Source: a bacterium (GTDB lineage Bacteria; Patescibacteriota; Minisyncoccia; Phycocordibacterales; UBA5272). Taken from it: DNA of 64,000 nt. Shown piece after piece: positions 21,301 to 29,586 of the stretch (position 1 is the first letter of the stretch; every line of letters begins with the position of its first letter). A program made the position numbers and the translations under genes. The notes under the pieces are model-generated. The model did no database searches. It saw only the letters and a list, made by a program, of their open reading frames with translations, and had not been told where the DNA came from. The DNA is taken from assembly GCA_023267635.1 (NCBI GenBank), contig JAHFMX010000006.1, forward strand, positions 1,940 to 65,939, given 5' to 3'.

Positions 21301-24300
21301 AGTTCTTGATCAATACAATGCTATGCCCATAAAAGTTGAAGTCTGGTCTGGCCAAGGAGAGCCCTATTCTGCTAAAGGCAAAGTGTCTTCTGCTGAAATG
21401 AGGAAAGACATAGCTGAAAATAACCATCTTTACATCTATAAAACAGAAGCAGATTCTTTCGGGCCTCCTGGTGTCATCTATGATAGTCACCCTCTTCTTG
21501 AGCAGACTGGTATTAAGGACATCAATGGAGTTCCTTTGGTCTACAATGACCTGCTCCGGGCAGTGCATGACTATTATGCACATACGATGACTGATGCTTC
21601 TTTTGGTCCAATAGGTGAAGAAGCAGCCTGGAAAACCCACATGCTGATGACACGTAGCCCTTGGGCAAAGTGGGCATTGACATCGGAAACTCGCGGGCAG
21701 AATTCATGGGTTAACTTTAGGGCTTCAGTACAAGGGCTTCCATTGAATGAGAGGGGTTTTGCCATCCAGAAAGTTGATCTACTTCCAAAGAAGTTCCTCT
21801 ACACTGGAGATATTGTTGCTGATGCTAACTTGTCAGAATTGCCTGATGAGGGTGCTCTTTACTCAAAGAATCTTAATATGTCAAAAGAAGCAAGGATGCA
21901 GCGTGCTGTAGAACAGGGGTTTGATACTAGCAAGATTATGTACCACGGAACAGGTGGCAACATTAAAGCTTTCGACCTAAGCTTCGGTGGTCAAACTAGC
22001 CATAGTGAGGTTGGCAAGCTTGGTGTGTCACTTTCTGATGCCCCACTTGTAGCAAATGAGTTTGCAGGAATGGCGGGTAGAAGAGAATTACGCAATGCGA
22101 ATGTTATGCAGCTACTTTACAAGCCTGGTAAGCAGCTTGAGATTAATTTACCAGATGCAGGTCTAGTGGACACCATAAAGAAGGCCTGGGCTGATGGGTA
22201 TGATAGTGTTCGATTCAATAACTACAGAACTCCTTTAGGCTACAAAGGTAATGTGTACATTATCAGGAGACCAAGTGACATTCGTTCTATCTACGCTGCT
22301 TTCGATCCTTCTCAACATGGCAGTTCAGATATTCTTTACTCAAAGAATCTTGACCTGTCTCATAAGGCAAGAATGGAAAGAGCTGTTGAACAGGGCTTCA
22401 ACATCAATCATAAATTCGTTCATGTGTCTCCTCATGCTTTGCCTACTGAATTAAGAAATGACAAAACCCTATATCTGAGTGATAACTTTAAATACGCAGA
22501 ACGCTATGCTAGCCCCAGTGCATCTTCAATGGGTGGAAAAACAGGAGACTACTACAGCAACTTAGCCCCAACAAGCACCCCCGTTTACATAAAAGAGAAG
22601 AATGTCTTTGATACTAGAAAACCAAAAGACCGTAAACTATTTAATGAGAAATTTTTAAACAAATATGGCAATGGCACACCACTACAAAAATCTGGGCTCC
22701 CAGATTGGGTAGAAGCAGAAGACTTTAGAGAGTTCTTTGAAGACAACAACCTTGACTATAATGGTGTTATTGTTGATGAAGGTGCTGACCCTAATGACAA
22801 AGGTGGTGTAACTAAAAGAGGTATTAGCTATGCTATGTTTGATCCTTCAGCAGTAAGATCAGTGCACGCAGCATTTGATCCTGCACAACAAGATAGCTCA
22901 GACATTCTTTATTCTAAGAAAGCCAAACCAGAACTTTACTCTGCTTTGGAAAGAGGCATTAACAATTCTCCAGATCGTATTTTCAATGCCCCGGCTTCTC
23001 AGGTTAAGTCATGGCTAAATAGCAATGCACCTAAACTTGGAATTAAATCCGATGAAATTTACTGGACTGGAATTAATGAGTACCTTGACTCTTTAGGTAA
23101 TACTAAGACCAGCAAGCAAAGTGTTCTGGAATTTATAAGTAAGAATAAAGTTAATCCGATTGATAAAATTCTTGGTGTGGAGTCAAAAGACCTTAATGAT
23201 ATTAGATTAGAAATTAATGATCTTGAAAATGAGATTGATGTACTGGAGCATAATTACCCAGGGTCTAGTGGAAATGAAGTCTATGAAGAAGATGAAGATG
23301 GTAATGAGGTCTATGCTGATAGTGACTACGTGCAGGAACTTAGGGATGAGCACGAGAAGATTATAGATGAAAAGACAAAAGAACTTGACAGATTAAAAGA
23401 AGATGAAGAAGAACTTGCAGAAGAGTCTGAAGGCAAGCATTCTGGTGATCGGTTAAACTTACCTAATGGTAGAGATTATAGGGAGCTGGTTGTAACAATA
23501 CCTGGCATTAGGAAATTTAATGAAGAAGATGCCACACACTTTGGGGATGTTGGTGAGGGTACACAAATTTCATGGATTCGATATGACTCAAGAACTGATG
23601 CTAATGGAGAGTCTTCTTTATTCCTAGAAGAGGTACAAAGTCAACGTGGAGCGGAGGGCAGAACTAAGGGCTTCGGTGACTATGATGTAGTAAAAGCACA
23701 TGAAATATCAAAAAAGCTTCATTCTATAGCACTTAAAGAAATCAATCTTGAGAGTGAATTAGAGAATAATGGAGGTACACTTAGTCCTGAAAAATGGAAA
23801 GAGCTAGAATCTTTAAAAGAAGAGCATGACTTATTAATTGCTGAACAGAAAAAAGAAGAGTCTAAGAGAACGCTGGTACCACCTGCACCCTTTATAACTG
23901 ACAGTAAGAACAAAGCTACTAACACCTACATATCACTGCTTCTAAAAAAGGCAGTCATACAGGCAATAAATAATGGGCACTCCTCTGTAAGCTGGACTAC
24001 CGGAGATCAACAAGCAGATCGTTATGATCTTAGTAAAATGGTATTAGCTATTAGGTACAATCATTTAGGAGACTTAGTTACTACTAAAGTTGATGATAGC
24101 GTGTGGCAGACAATAGCTACTGGAGTACCAGAAAATAAAATAGCTGACTACATTGGGAAAGAAGCAGCAGAAAAGTTGCTAAGTCAAGATAAGGATGTCT
24201 ATGGGCATAGAACTATTACAGGTAATGACTTAAAAGTAGGTGGTGTATGGACTGGGGATATGTATGGGGATGCTCGGGGTTTAAATGCGCAAGGCAAACC

Positions 24301-27300
24301 TTCATTGATAACTCAGGCTGCTTCAGAAATTTCACGTAAGTTCGGTGGTAGGATAGGGGCTATAAGTATCCCAGGCCTAAGATATAGGAGCGAATTTGGC
24401 AATCCATCAATAACACCAGAATTAGAACAGCCGGCTTTGATTATTACTCCTGAAATGCGAGAAAAAGTTCTTGCTGAAGATTTGCCTTTGTTCTCACGTA
24501 GAGCTACATTTACACAGACAGTACAAAATCAGTTTCAAAAAGTAAAGCACTTCGCTACCGGCTTCGATCAAGGTATAAGTACACTTGCTGATATGCGCTC
24601 TGTGCTTAGCACTGGTCACATGCCAACTAAGCACATAGATAAACAAAGTATCCTGGATAAGGTTGCTACATACTTAGTCGATTCTTCAAGACCTTTTGAT
24701 GTCTGGACAAGAAGGCTTCCTAACACTGTTAAAGCAGCTCAATTAGTACTCTCAAAAGACCTAGCTAAACGTAGAACCGCTGTCATGAGTAAAGAAGCTC
24801 TTGATACTTATTTGCGGCCTCTATCAAAAGTAATTAAGAAAATAGCTTCCGATATTGGCATGGATCATTGGGCTGCTCAGTCAATGGCGGGGTACTGGAT
24901 GTCAATGAGGTATGCCATAGAAAAGAATCAAGACTTCATTAGACAAGACAAAGAAGCTTATGAGCAAGCAATCACTAACCTAATGTCTAATCCAACTAAT
25001 GCAAGCCTAGTGAAGCTGGTAAACAAGGCTGCTGATAAGCAAGCTGCCAGGATTGCTGCCATCAATGAGCAAAGAGAAATCGACCCTAATAATGAAACAT
25101 TACAAGCAGGCTTGGCCGGCGGTTACAATGACTTCACAGCTACTAAGCTTATGAATGAAATCGAGTCCAAGATACCAAGAGCTTACCTGGAAGAAGCTGC
25201 ACAGCATATATACGACATGATGAAGTGGAAGACAGAACGAGATTTGAAAAACGGTAAGGTTACACAGGAGCAAGTAGATAGTTGGTTCAACTCACCCTTC
25301 TATGTACCATTAACCGGTGATCCAAGTGTAGACGAGTCAGAAGATAGCTTGTTCAACCCAGGCGGCATAAACCAAGCCAAAGATAAGTCAGCTGTAGGAC
25401 GTAAAGGCAGTCTGGCACAGAGCGGTATTGATGCGGCGACCGAACAAGTAGAGAAGTCAGCTAAGTACCACGGTTGGGTAGACTTCAAGAACAGACTGGT
25501 CGAAACTTATGATGAGCTTATTGCTGAGGAAATGGCACAGGGTGCTAGTAAACAAGAGGCCAAGGATAATGTAGAACGTGAGTATGGAATAACCAAGACT
25601 CCTGAAACAAGAGTCGTTGGTACAGATCAAGGTGCTTTGCTACTTCCTTCACAGAACCCCACAGGCATAACTGTTCGCAAGAACGGGGAATCTAATGTCT
25701 ATGATCTCCATAATCAGGAAGCAGTAGATGCTTTGAAGAGCGTGAATAAAGAAGATGTTCCTAGCATACTTCGTCCTGTAGCCAACTTTACCAGAACTTA
25801 TGCACGCTTCGTTACTCAGCTATTACCCGGTTTTGGTCCGGTTAACGCTATACGTGATACATGGGAACGGTCAGAAAATATCCGTACACGGGTCTTAGAA
25901 GAGTATCCTGATCTAAATATGGATCAAGTTGCAAGAGACGCTATTAAAACCGCAGCAGACCCCAGGCTAATACGGAAGATAGCCGGTGTTATGCTAGAGA
26001 ATAGTTCTCTAAGCTCTAAGTTCCCTATTAATGAAGATGACCCAGACATCAAAACCTTAAGAGCTTTGATTGAGGAAGGTGGTGCTTCCACGGTAGGTGA
26101 CTACCTTGCTACTTCAGGCAGAGACCTTGCTAAGCAAATGAAAGATTCCCTGAAGCTCTCTACAGAAGCCTGGAACCTGGTGTCAGCCTGGAATAACTCC
26201 TTCGAGTTGGTTTCATCCTTATCAATCTTCAAGGCACTTACCAGCGCAGGGGTTAACAACAAGACTGCTGCAGCCACAACCCTTAACTTAATGAACTTTG
26301 GTAAGCAGGGCACTATGATAGGCCCCCTGAAAGCTCTATATACCTTCGTCAACCCCACAGTACAGGGGGGTCATCAGCTCTTACAGACGCTGACTACACG
26401 AAAGGGGCAAGCCAGGGCAGTTGCATACACTTTGGCTGGTATTGCCCTCTATGGCATGCTACGTGCCTGGGATGGAGACGACGACGATCTTGGTGAAAAC
26501 AAGATGGACAACCAAGGTATGTTCATTTCAGAACGTAACATCCTGATACCTTATGGTGATGGAAACTACGTGAAAGTGCCTGTAGGCTTTGGTCTTCCTC
26601 AGCTTACCTGGTCTGCTGCTGTTAACCTTGATAAATGGATGTTTGGTAAACAGAAAGGTGAAGACACCGTGGCTGGTATCTTGAAGTCTACAGCTAGAAA
26701 CTTCGCCCCGGTAGCTCCCAGTGAAACCAACATTTCACAGCATCCTATTTACTGGATGGCTCAAACGTTCTCACCACAAATAGCTAAGCCTTTAGTGAAT
26801 GTAGGCTTGAATATCAACACCTTTGGTTCTTCTCTAACCAATGCAGGGTATGGTAAAGAAGGCATTTCTGAAGCTCTACAGGGCAGGAAATCAACTGCCC
26901 AGGAATGGAAGGACATAGCAGTTGAGCTGGGCAAACTGGGTATTGATCTTTACCCGGAACAAGTAAGAGAAATAGTTCGGGGCTTCGCTGTTGGGCCTGT
27001 TAATGAAGTTATCAAAGCTACAATAGAAAATCCTAATAGAGAGAAATTAGGAAGAACAACAGTCAATAACCTGGTTGATAGATGGGTATCAGTACATGAC
27101 AGTGGGGCTTTGAAAGAGAGGCTGTATTACATGCACCGTGATGAGATGAATGCCGCTGCTAGAAAAGAATCACTTGGAACTGAGCTAAGTTCAAAAGAGA
27201 CAGGTTTAGCTAAGCTTAATAGATCAATAAGCAAGCTTGAAGGCTCAGCTAATGGCAAGCGAGCTGCTGCTGCTAAAGCTATTAAAGCTGGTAAGTCAGG

Positions 27301-27385
27301 ATCAGAGTATCTTGCACAAGCCAACAAAATAAGAGATAATGCAGAGCGCATAACACGCAATTACTACAATGCACATGTGGAATAA
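15356..27385 (+). CDS. giant 4009-aa multi-domain protein, candidate injected polyvalent/ejection protein with two zincin-like HExxH motifs
   Basis: Uninterrupted 12 kb ORF. N-terminal glycine-zipper hydrophobic segments (VIGGLIGGALGG...IGGLIGGGLGYLG). HEFLH at nt 18386-18400 and HEAQH at nt 19199-19213. Four copies of a D-I/L-LYSK linker motif. C-terminal hydrophobic stretches. Confidence 0.7.
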   Translation: MANLIGQQARVKPSDDQDFLGAINSYGGASSTSATTQKNPDQEFTDTINSYGDQTGTLGAYGQTFVQAAKGVPGFIGQAIEGGTPFDQENGVDQIVKDTQKSNEEFASGSDAEQPVLGGLAKVKDIKGSAGSLTSSLATMAPTVIGGLIGGALGGPAAPLTATAGATIGGLIGGGLGYLGMSRQSENQLIRDVVDKEDQTRSAQGKPLLNQDEKVAKQNALLESGDPQLQGFAEAAGETIGNFLEIAAAMTPLGKLGNVLKAVGGPFSGALATAALRGTGILAVENIEEQATNLVQNPIAKRQGLPEATAAETAKQTTLATLPFAALGMGVGGYHDYKSAKKEKDFQEYLAGASTEELQSNIQTLQTPSPEDDEQTAQYKQSLAQAYTDELNSRGTTDENNNQATGAEQPSGIGGIANRPTTLDRGTPKQEPGTNGQGVNVTEPAGASRRSVEPIPQEETRQPGLDERGSTLSNISDEGLKKAIELLNKHETDSPEAIKSKEDAITFYSNELERRKPPTQPIEETQNEKQKITNETDANANEANAETGQGQEGLQVIQPNITQPNITEEGTNLEQAGTATSKNAGQTTKEETGTTTVSSTGEGGLVNVNQAAPVTGIGAEQAKQGTSFGQPGLAESVEAQQKEEVVGSIPTTASVGATGAQKSKAPVVSEGAPQPATAGGQTTPDYSYLSDKGFTPEEIQHVGEASKTHKDLNGWARGRFGYDRVKGVNFTQSIAPNAPAINNEVDAAAHEAAASPLNDLAHPSQAQIEAENPKLGHIENFHGMSISIENPEGSVRSGVSLEGRPWQNTLKNHYGYIKGTVGNDNDHVDTFIGPDVGSQKAFIVNQNHVTRGIGTNRFDEHKVILGAKTKKQALQIYHDNYEKGWQGMGSITQMSVGQLKEQLGTGKLTKPVLQEQVSQQETNQSNKPEAPTPKGYMSTGDVFSRLTSKQRAFHKSGKLIVVPTEEQLPASLRPKKGEESSIPGLYHPKEDKIYVVAHNIKHDELNGLLAHEFLHRAVRVDKVFKGKFDKFDRGLTARFNMAGRGIGSDIEKAAYKHVVDAGTPQHQLLDEYKSYLVQEYAKNPDSFVGEIKRLIEEFIAAIKVALVKSGLDSGFIEKLTPADLYEMSKYGAEQVESTQPQKNNEALKSFIGVKSQTAPKYELSTAMSDIEAGENPEGVRKDTGWFKGADEHWRFEIDDSEAKLDEKEVNTLKGYYKLGRLSGLEKILIHPKLFAAYPQLRTIGIKFAKLQEGVGGGTSQDGKFITLNVDLKDDKILSVLLHEAQHAVQIHEGWAGGGSPSTFQKEFVERVELLEKIVKDINNELSVQAGIMNKYEVRGSYRKYTAPEGYTAAAKYDELMQERSDAAKSLRRIGLLNDVADTSRKIYSRLYGEIEARNVQRRMDFSAQEREKFSPEGTQDYANKDAVILWANADVKGLLFPENEADLLYSKKTKTQEGIKLNERKPTEISTKETSEYTKRNILNTSRLDRTSHAEKRYFQERSGNSAERVRGIKGVFSPGKSITSDFEKAGVPSPEYHEWFNGNKMVEKYMGIMTKAQNTKFGAAVYIYPKEDYRKMRIFVTPDELSGFALKTDGDIVSVVSLPEAPSGRVYSMMALATELGGTKLDAFDTVLPEIYAVSGFKEVGRVNWNEDYKPDNWDKEVFSKFNNGEPDVVFMEYDPTYSPFKRSEIEVSLSNAQHTIPGISKLTKEFVDGDTTAGVLLRELGHDSLDYLTSGIKSVSISYKDPTGVYGGDKEPSLGVAASFEEKDRKEVLRALAQFAKNFDQEQFHVLGSVGTNTEVMHVYDDGSYNTKVYSFTLNKVPSEKEVSKLINNSGLYGLTISGSTLESYYVEQDQNDANEYKEWTSKIDKLHEIISGRNLKSYGEKVARLWVYGSGNRAISYGQIEGKFHPSYTDQGQKASQRVASRLIGRDVKAPSIPKTVTPEQKALQASIAQAYDEMRINALDQTNVIRAYKELASEVLDQYNAMPIKVEVWSGQGEPYSAKGKVSSAEMRKDIAENNHLYIYKTEADSFGPPGVIYDSHPLLEQTGIKDINGVPLVYNDLLRAVHDYYAHTMTDASFGPIGEEAAWKTHMLMTRSPWAKWALTSETRGQNSWVNFRASVQGLPLNERGFAIQKVDLLPKKFLYTGDIVADANLSELPDEGALYSKNLNMSKEARMQRAVEQGFDTSKIMYHGTGGNIKAFDLSFGGQTSHSEVGKLGVSLSDAPLVANEFAGMAGRRELRNANVMQLLYKPGKQLEINLPDAGLVDTIKKAWADGYDSVRFNNYRTPLGYKGNVYIIRRPSDIRSIYAAFDPSQHGSSDILYSKNLDLSHKARMERAVEQGFNINHKFVHVSPHALPTELRNDKTLYLSDNFKYAERYASPSASSMGGKTGDYYSNLAPTSTPVYIKEKNVFDTRKPKDRKLFNEKFLNKYGNGTPLQKSGLPDWVEAEDFREFFEDNNLDYNGVIVDEGADPNDKGGVTKRGISYAMFDPSAVRSVHAAFDPAQQDSSDILYSKKAKPELYSALERGINNSPDRIFNAPASQVKSWLNSNAPKLGIKSDEIYWTGINEYLDSLGNTKTSKQSVLEFISKNKVNPIDKILGVESKDLNDIRLEINDLENEIDVLEHNYPGSSGNEVYEEDEDGNEVYADSDYVQELRDEHEKIIDEKTKELDRLKEDEEELAEESEGKHSGDRLNLPNGRDYRELVVTIPGIRKFNEEDATHFGDVGEGTQISWIRYDSRTDANGESSLFLEEVQSQRGAEGRTKGFGDYDVVKAHEISKKLHSIALKEINLESELENNGGTLSPEKWKELESLKEEHDLLIAEQKKEESKRTLVPPAPFITDSKNKATNTYISLLLKKAVIQAINNGHSSVSWTTGDQQADRYDLSKMVLAIRYNHLGDLVTTKVDDSVWQTIATGVPENKIADYIGKEAAEKLLSQDKDVYGHRTITGNDLKVGGVWTGDMYGDARGLNAQGKPSLITQAASEISRKFGGRIGAISIPGLRYRSEFGNPSITPELEQPALIITPEMREKVLAEDLPLFSRRATFTQTVQNQFQKVKHFATGFDQGISTLADMRSVLSTGHMPTKHIDKQSILDKVATYLVDSSRPFDVWTRRLPNTVKAAQLVLSKDLAKRRTAVMSKEALDTYLRPLSKVIKKIASDIGMDHWAAQSMAGYWMSMRYAIEKNQDFIRQDKEAYEQAITNLMSNPTNASLVKLVNKAADKQAARIAAINEQREIDPNNETLQAGLAGGYNDFTATKLMNEIESKIPRAYLEEAAQHIYDMMKWKTERDLKNGKVTQEQVDSWFNSPFYVPLTGDPSVDESEDSLFNPGGINQAKDKSAVGRKGSLAQSGIDAATEQVEKSAKYHGWVDFKNRLVETYDELIAEEMAQGASKQEAKDNVEREYGITKTPETRVVGTDQGALLLPSQNPTGITVRKNGESNVYDLHNQEAVDALKSVNKEDVPSILRPVANFTRTYARFVTQLLPGFGPVNAIRDTWERSENIRTRVLEEYPDLNMDQVARDAIKTAADPRLIRKIAGVMLENSSLSSKFPINEDDPDIKTLRALIEEGGASTVGDYLATSGRDLAKQMKDSLKLSTEAWNLVSAWNNSFELVSSLSIFKALTSAGVNNKTAAATTLNLMNFGKQGTMIGPLKALYTFVNPTVQGGHQLLQTLTTRKGQARAVAYTLAGIALYGMLRAWDGDDDDLGENKMDNQGMFISERNILIPYGDGNYVKVPVGFGLPQLTWSAAVNLDKWMFGKQKGEDTVAGILKSTARNFAPVAPSETNISQHPIYWMAQTFSPQIAKPLVNVGLNINTFGSSLTNAGYGKEGISEALQGRKSTAQEWKDIAVELGKLGIDLYPEQVREIVRGFAVGPVNEVIKATIENPNREKLGRTTVNNLVDRWVSVHDSGALKERLYYMHRDEMNAAARKESLGTELSSKETGLAKLNRSISKLEGSANGKRAAAAKAIKAGKSGSEYLAQANKIRDNAERITRNYYNAHVE

Positions 27386-27740
27386 TCTAAAGATGAGATA
27401 CAGTTACAGTTTTGATGAGGAAGTATATTTTGGTGATTTTGATGAGCTTGAAAAAGCAGCAAACTCTGGATTTAAGGAAAGGCCTGAAGTTGATAAATTA
27501 TGGGTTGGCGAACGACATGATCCAGAGCCACATGATTTTATATTACCCGAAAGCATACTTGAAAGCTTATTGTGCAATGCTTATGATGAATGTGGTGATT
27601 TGTGTGGAGATTGGCTGTCAGGCATACTTAAGGATTCTGAGAAGCTTAAAGAGCTGAAAACGCTTATTGGAGACTGGGTTCAAGCTAACGACCCACCGAA
27701 ATTTTGGGTTGTTACCCATCCAGTTTTATTTAAAAAATGA
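27369..27740 (+). CDS. hypothetical acidic protein
   Basis: ORF overlapping the end of the giant gene; true start may be the internal ATG at 27393. Confidence 0.3.
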   Translation: MHMWNNLKMRYSYSFDEEVYFGDFDELEKAANSGFKERPEVDKLWVGERHDPEPHDFILPESILESLLCNAYDECGDLCGDWLSGILKDSEKLKELKTLIGDWVQANDPPKFWVVTHPVLFKK

Positions 27741-27943
27741 AACTAATTAAATGGTTTTTAGGTGCTGGAGGATTCAGTAACTATGGTTTTGAATTCTCAC
27801 CAGCAAACTTTAAGTACATGCGTGCAGATAAAGCTTTAACTCTGCTCTTTTTTTGGAGGCCCTTAGCATTCGCTCTATGGGCATACTCCATAATACTGGA
27901 TAACTTCATTAACTTAGTAGCAGCAAGGTTTAAGAATGTCTGA
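27737..27943 (+). CDS. small membrane protein
   Basis: 68 aa with hydrophobic segment LTLLFFWRPLAFALWAYSIIL. Confidence 0.3.
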   Translation: MKLIKWFLGAGGFSNYGFEFSPANFKYMRADKALTLLFFWRPLAFALWAYSIILDNFINLVAARFKNV

Positions 27944-28238
27944 TAATAGAACACATCAAAGGCGAGTAGACGATAGATTTAAAGATGAGGTTCTTGAAAA
28001 AAGACATGAAGAACTTGAGCTCTACGTAAGGATTTTCACAGCCAAAGTAGACGGTTATATCGCTGCCATAAATTTATCATTAAAAGTTATGGGCTTTGGC
28101 CTTACTCTTTTTGCTGGTATTGTGGGATGGCACGCTAAAGAAAGTGAAACTACATTAAGAGAACTTACCAGTAATGTTAATTCTCTTACTACTAGTGTAG
28201 CTATTATAAATGCTGAAAGGCCTATAAAGAGGGACTAA
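27936..28238 (+). CDS. small single-pass membrane protein
   Basis: 100 aa, one TM (IAAINLSLKVMGFGLTLFAGIVGW); last gene of the plus-strand unit, stop overlaps the convergent minus-strand stop. Confidence 0.3.
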   Translation: MSDNRTHQRRVDDRFKDEVLEKRHEELELYVRIFTAKVDGYIAAINLSLKVMGFGLTLFAGIVGWHAKESETTLRELTSNVNSLTTSVAIINAERPIKRD

Positions 28239-28573
28239 AATCTACCCCGTGTCAAAAAACTTAAAGCTAGCTTATTATCAAGACCTATCTTCCCACTTCC
28301 TGCCTTTTCTACTTTCTCTTTTGCTCTTTCTTTTAGTTTGTGTCTTTGCTTATGCTGATTAGTGAGCTCCAGCATTTCTTTCAAGTCATTTGAGCCTAGC
28401 CAACTCATTACTTGGGTTAGATCATAAGCAGACTCATTATGTGGGAGGGTTAGAACTTTTTTTGGGAACTTGCAACCAGGTGTAATTGACAGCTCATTAA
28501 TTCTTTGTTGATGGATACCCAGCATCTTTGCCAAGTCCCTTCTGGTTATTTTTGTCTCTTTGTCATAGAGCAT
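28235..28573 (-). CDS. helix-turn-helix DNA-binding protein
   Basis: ITRRDLAKMLGIHQQRINEL HTH-like segment, basic C-terminus. Confidence 0.45.
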   Translation of the reverse strand: MLYDKETKITRRDLAKMLGIHQQRINELSITPGCKFPKKVLTLPHNESAYDLTQVMSWLGSNDLKEMLELTNQHKQRHKLKERAKEKVEKAGSGKIGLDNKLALSFLTRGRF

Positions 28574-28874
28574 CTAAGCTACCACTTTTTATGCTCTCTA
28601 TTCTTTTGTCAATCATATAAGTTTCTAGCCACTCATGCTCTTTCAAATTAGGGTCATCACAGAATGAAAAAGCATGTTCAGAGCACTTAAGCATACCTAA
28701 GCTGTAAAGGTAGATCAGAGTTTCAAGAGGGTTATATGGTATACATATCTGCCCAAAGCTTATTTTATTTATGTAGAAGAAATCCAGGTCTCTGTTATCA
28801 GGGCTTCTTTTCAAAGCTTTTGATAGCTCAGGCATAGGCATCGGATTGATAAGTTGTAAATGTATACTAATCAC
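28563..28874 (-). CDS. hypothetical protein
   Basis: ORF in minus-strand block. Confidence 0.3.
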   Translation of the reverse strand: MISIHLQLINPMPMPELSKALKRSPDNRDLDFFYINKISFGQICIPYNPLETLIYLYSLGMLKCSEHAFSFCDDPNLKEHEWLETYMIDKRIESIKSGSLDAL

Positions 28875-29107
28875 ACAATCACCTGCGTTATTTTCTCAAG
28901 GCTCTCAAAGCCAAAATAGGCTTTTGAAACTTCATCTGTATTTGAATTTATCTCTACTGAGAGTACAACAACTCTAACTTCAAAAATAAATGTATCACCT
29001 GGCTTTACTTTAAGAAGTTCTTCTGGGATAGGCTCATTTTTGTGTGTGAGATAAAATCTTTCAGAATCAATAGACAAGTACCCACTAATGCTTTTATGTG
29101 TGTTCAT
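28871..29107 (-). CDS. hypothetical protein
   Basis: ORF, ATGA-coupled. Confidence 0.3.
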   Translation of the reverse strand: MNTHKSISGYLSIDSERFYLTHKNEPIPEELLKVKPGDTFIFEVRVVVLSVEINSNTDEVSKAYFGFESLEKITQVIV

Positions 29108-29526
29108 AAGAAATCCTCTTCATTTATTTTATCAAGATTATTAAAGCCAAAACGCTCTGCTGCTAACTCTGCTGCTTTTACTGCCCTATCAAGACTACCA
29201 CTTATAAAAAGAGAGCCATTGTGTTGTATAAGATGCCTGAGGCTATCTATTGCTTCCTGCTCAGTTCTACCAAGGCCCTCACACCAATTTCCATGAAAGT
29301 CTTTATTAAAAGGATTACTGTCCCATGAGTACGCCTTTGAAGCATTAACATTGGGGAGCCCAAAAATTGAAACTCCACACCTTGCCGCAAACTTATCAGC
29401 TACCTTTTTAATGTATACAGGGGTTGACCCTGCTATAGCAATGTCAACACATTGATAGGCTTCTACATCATTCGTCATCTTTGTCATAGTGGAATCCATC
29501 ATCATCTTCATGACCGAGTGGTGCAT
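29104..29526 (-). CDS. hypothetical protein
   Basis: 140-aa ORF, no motif recognised with confidence. Confidence 0.35.
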   Translation of the reverse strand: MHHSVMKMMMDSTMTKMTNDVEAYQCVDIAIAGSTPVYIKKVADKFAARCGVSIFGLPNVNASKAYSWDSNPFNKDFHGNWCEGLGRTEQEAIDSLRHLIQHNGSLFISGSLDRAVKAAELAAERFGFNNLDKINEEDFL

Positions 29527-29586
29527 TTTTTACAAGCCCATACCACACAAAAGCGGCAAGGAGTAGTAGTAGTAAAATTAAAAGTA

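Noticed and set aside
15443-27360. Numerous 60-115-aa antisense or alternative-frame ORFs inside the giant gene (e.g. 15985-16281, 16513-16848, 21296-21640)
   Set aside because: They are embedded in a continuous 12 kb ORF with coherent codon usage and lack ribosome-binding sites. They are treated as spurious
15356-27385. Calling the giant ORF a virion RNA polymerase (N4-like)
   Set aside because: I recognised no single-subunit RNAP catalytic motifs by eye, and the flanking gene content is not N4-like. It is left as a polyvalent/ejection protein hypothesis
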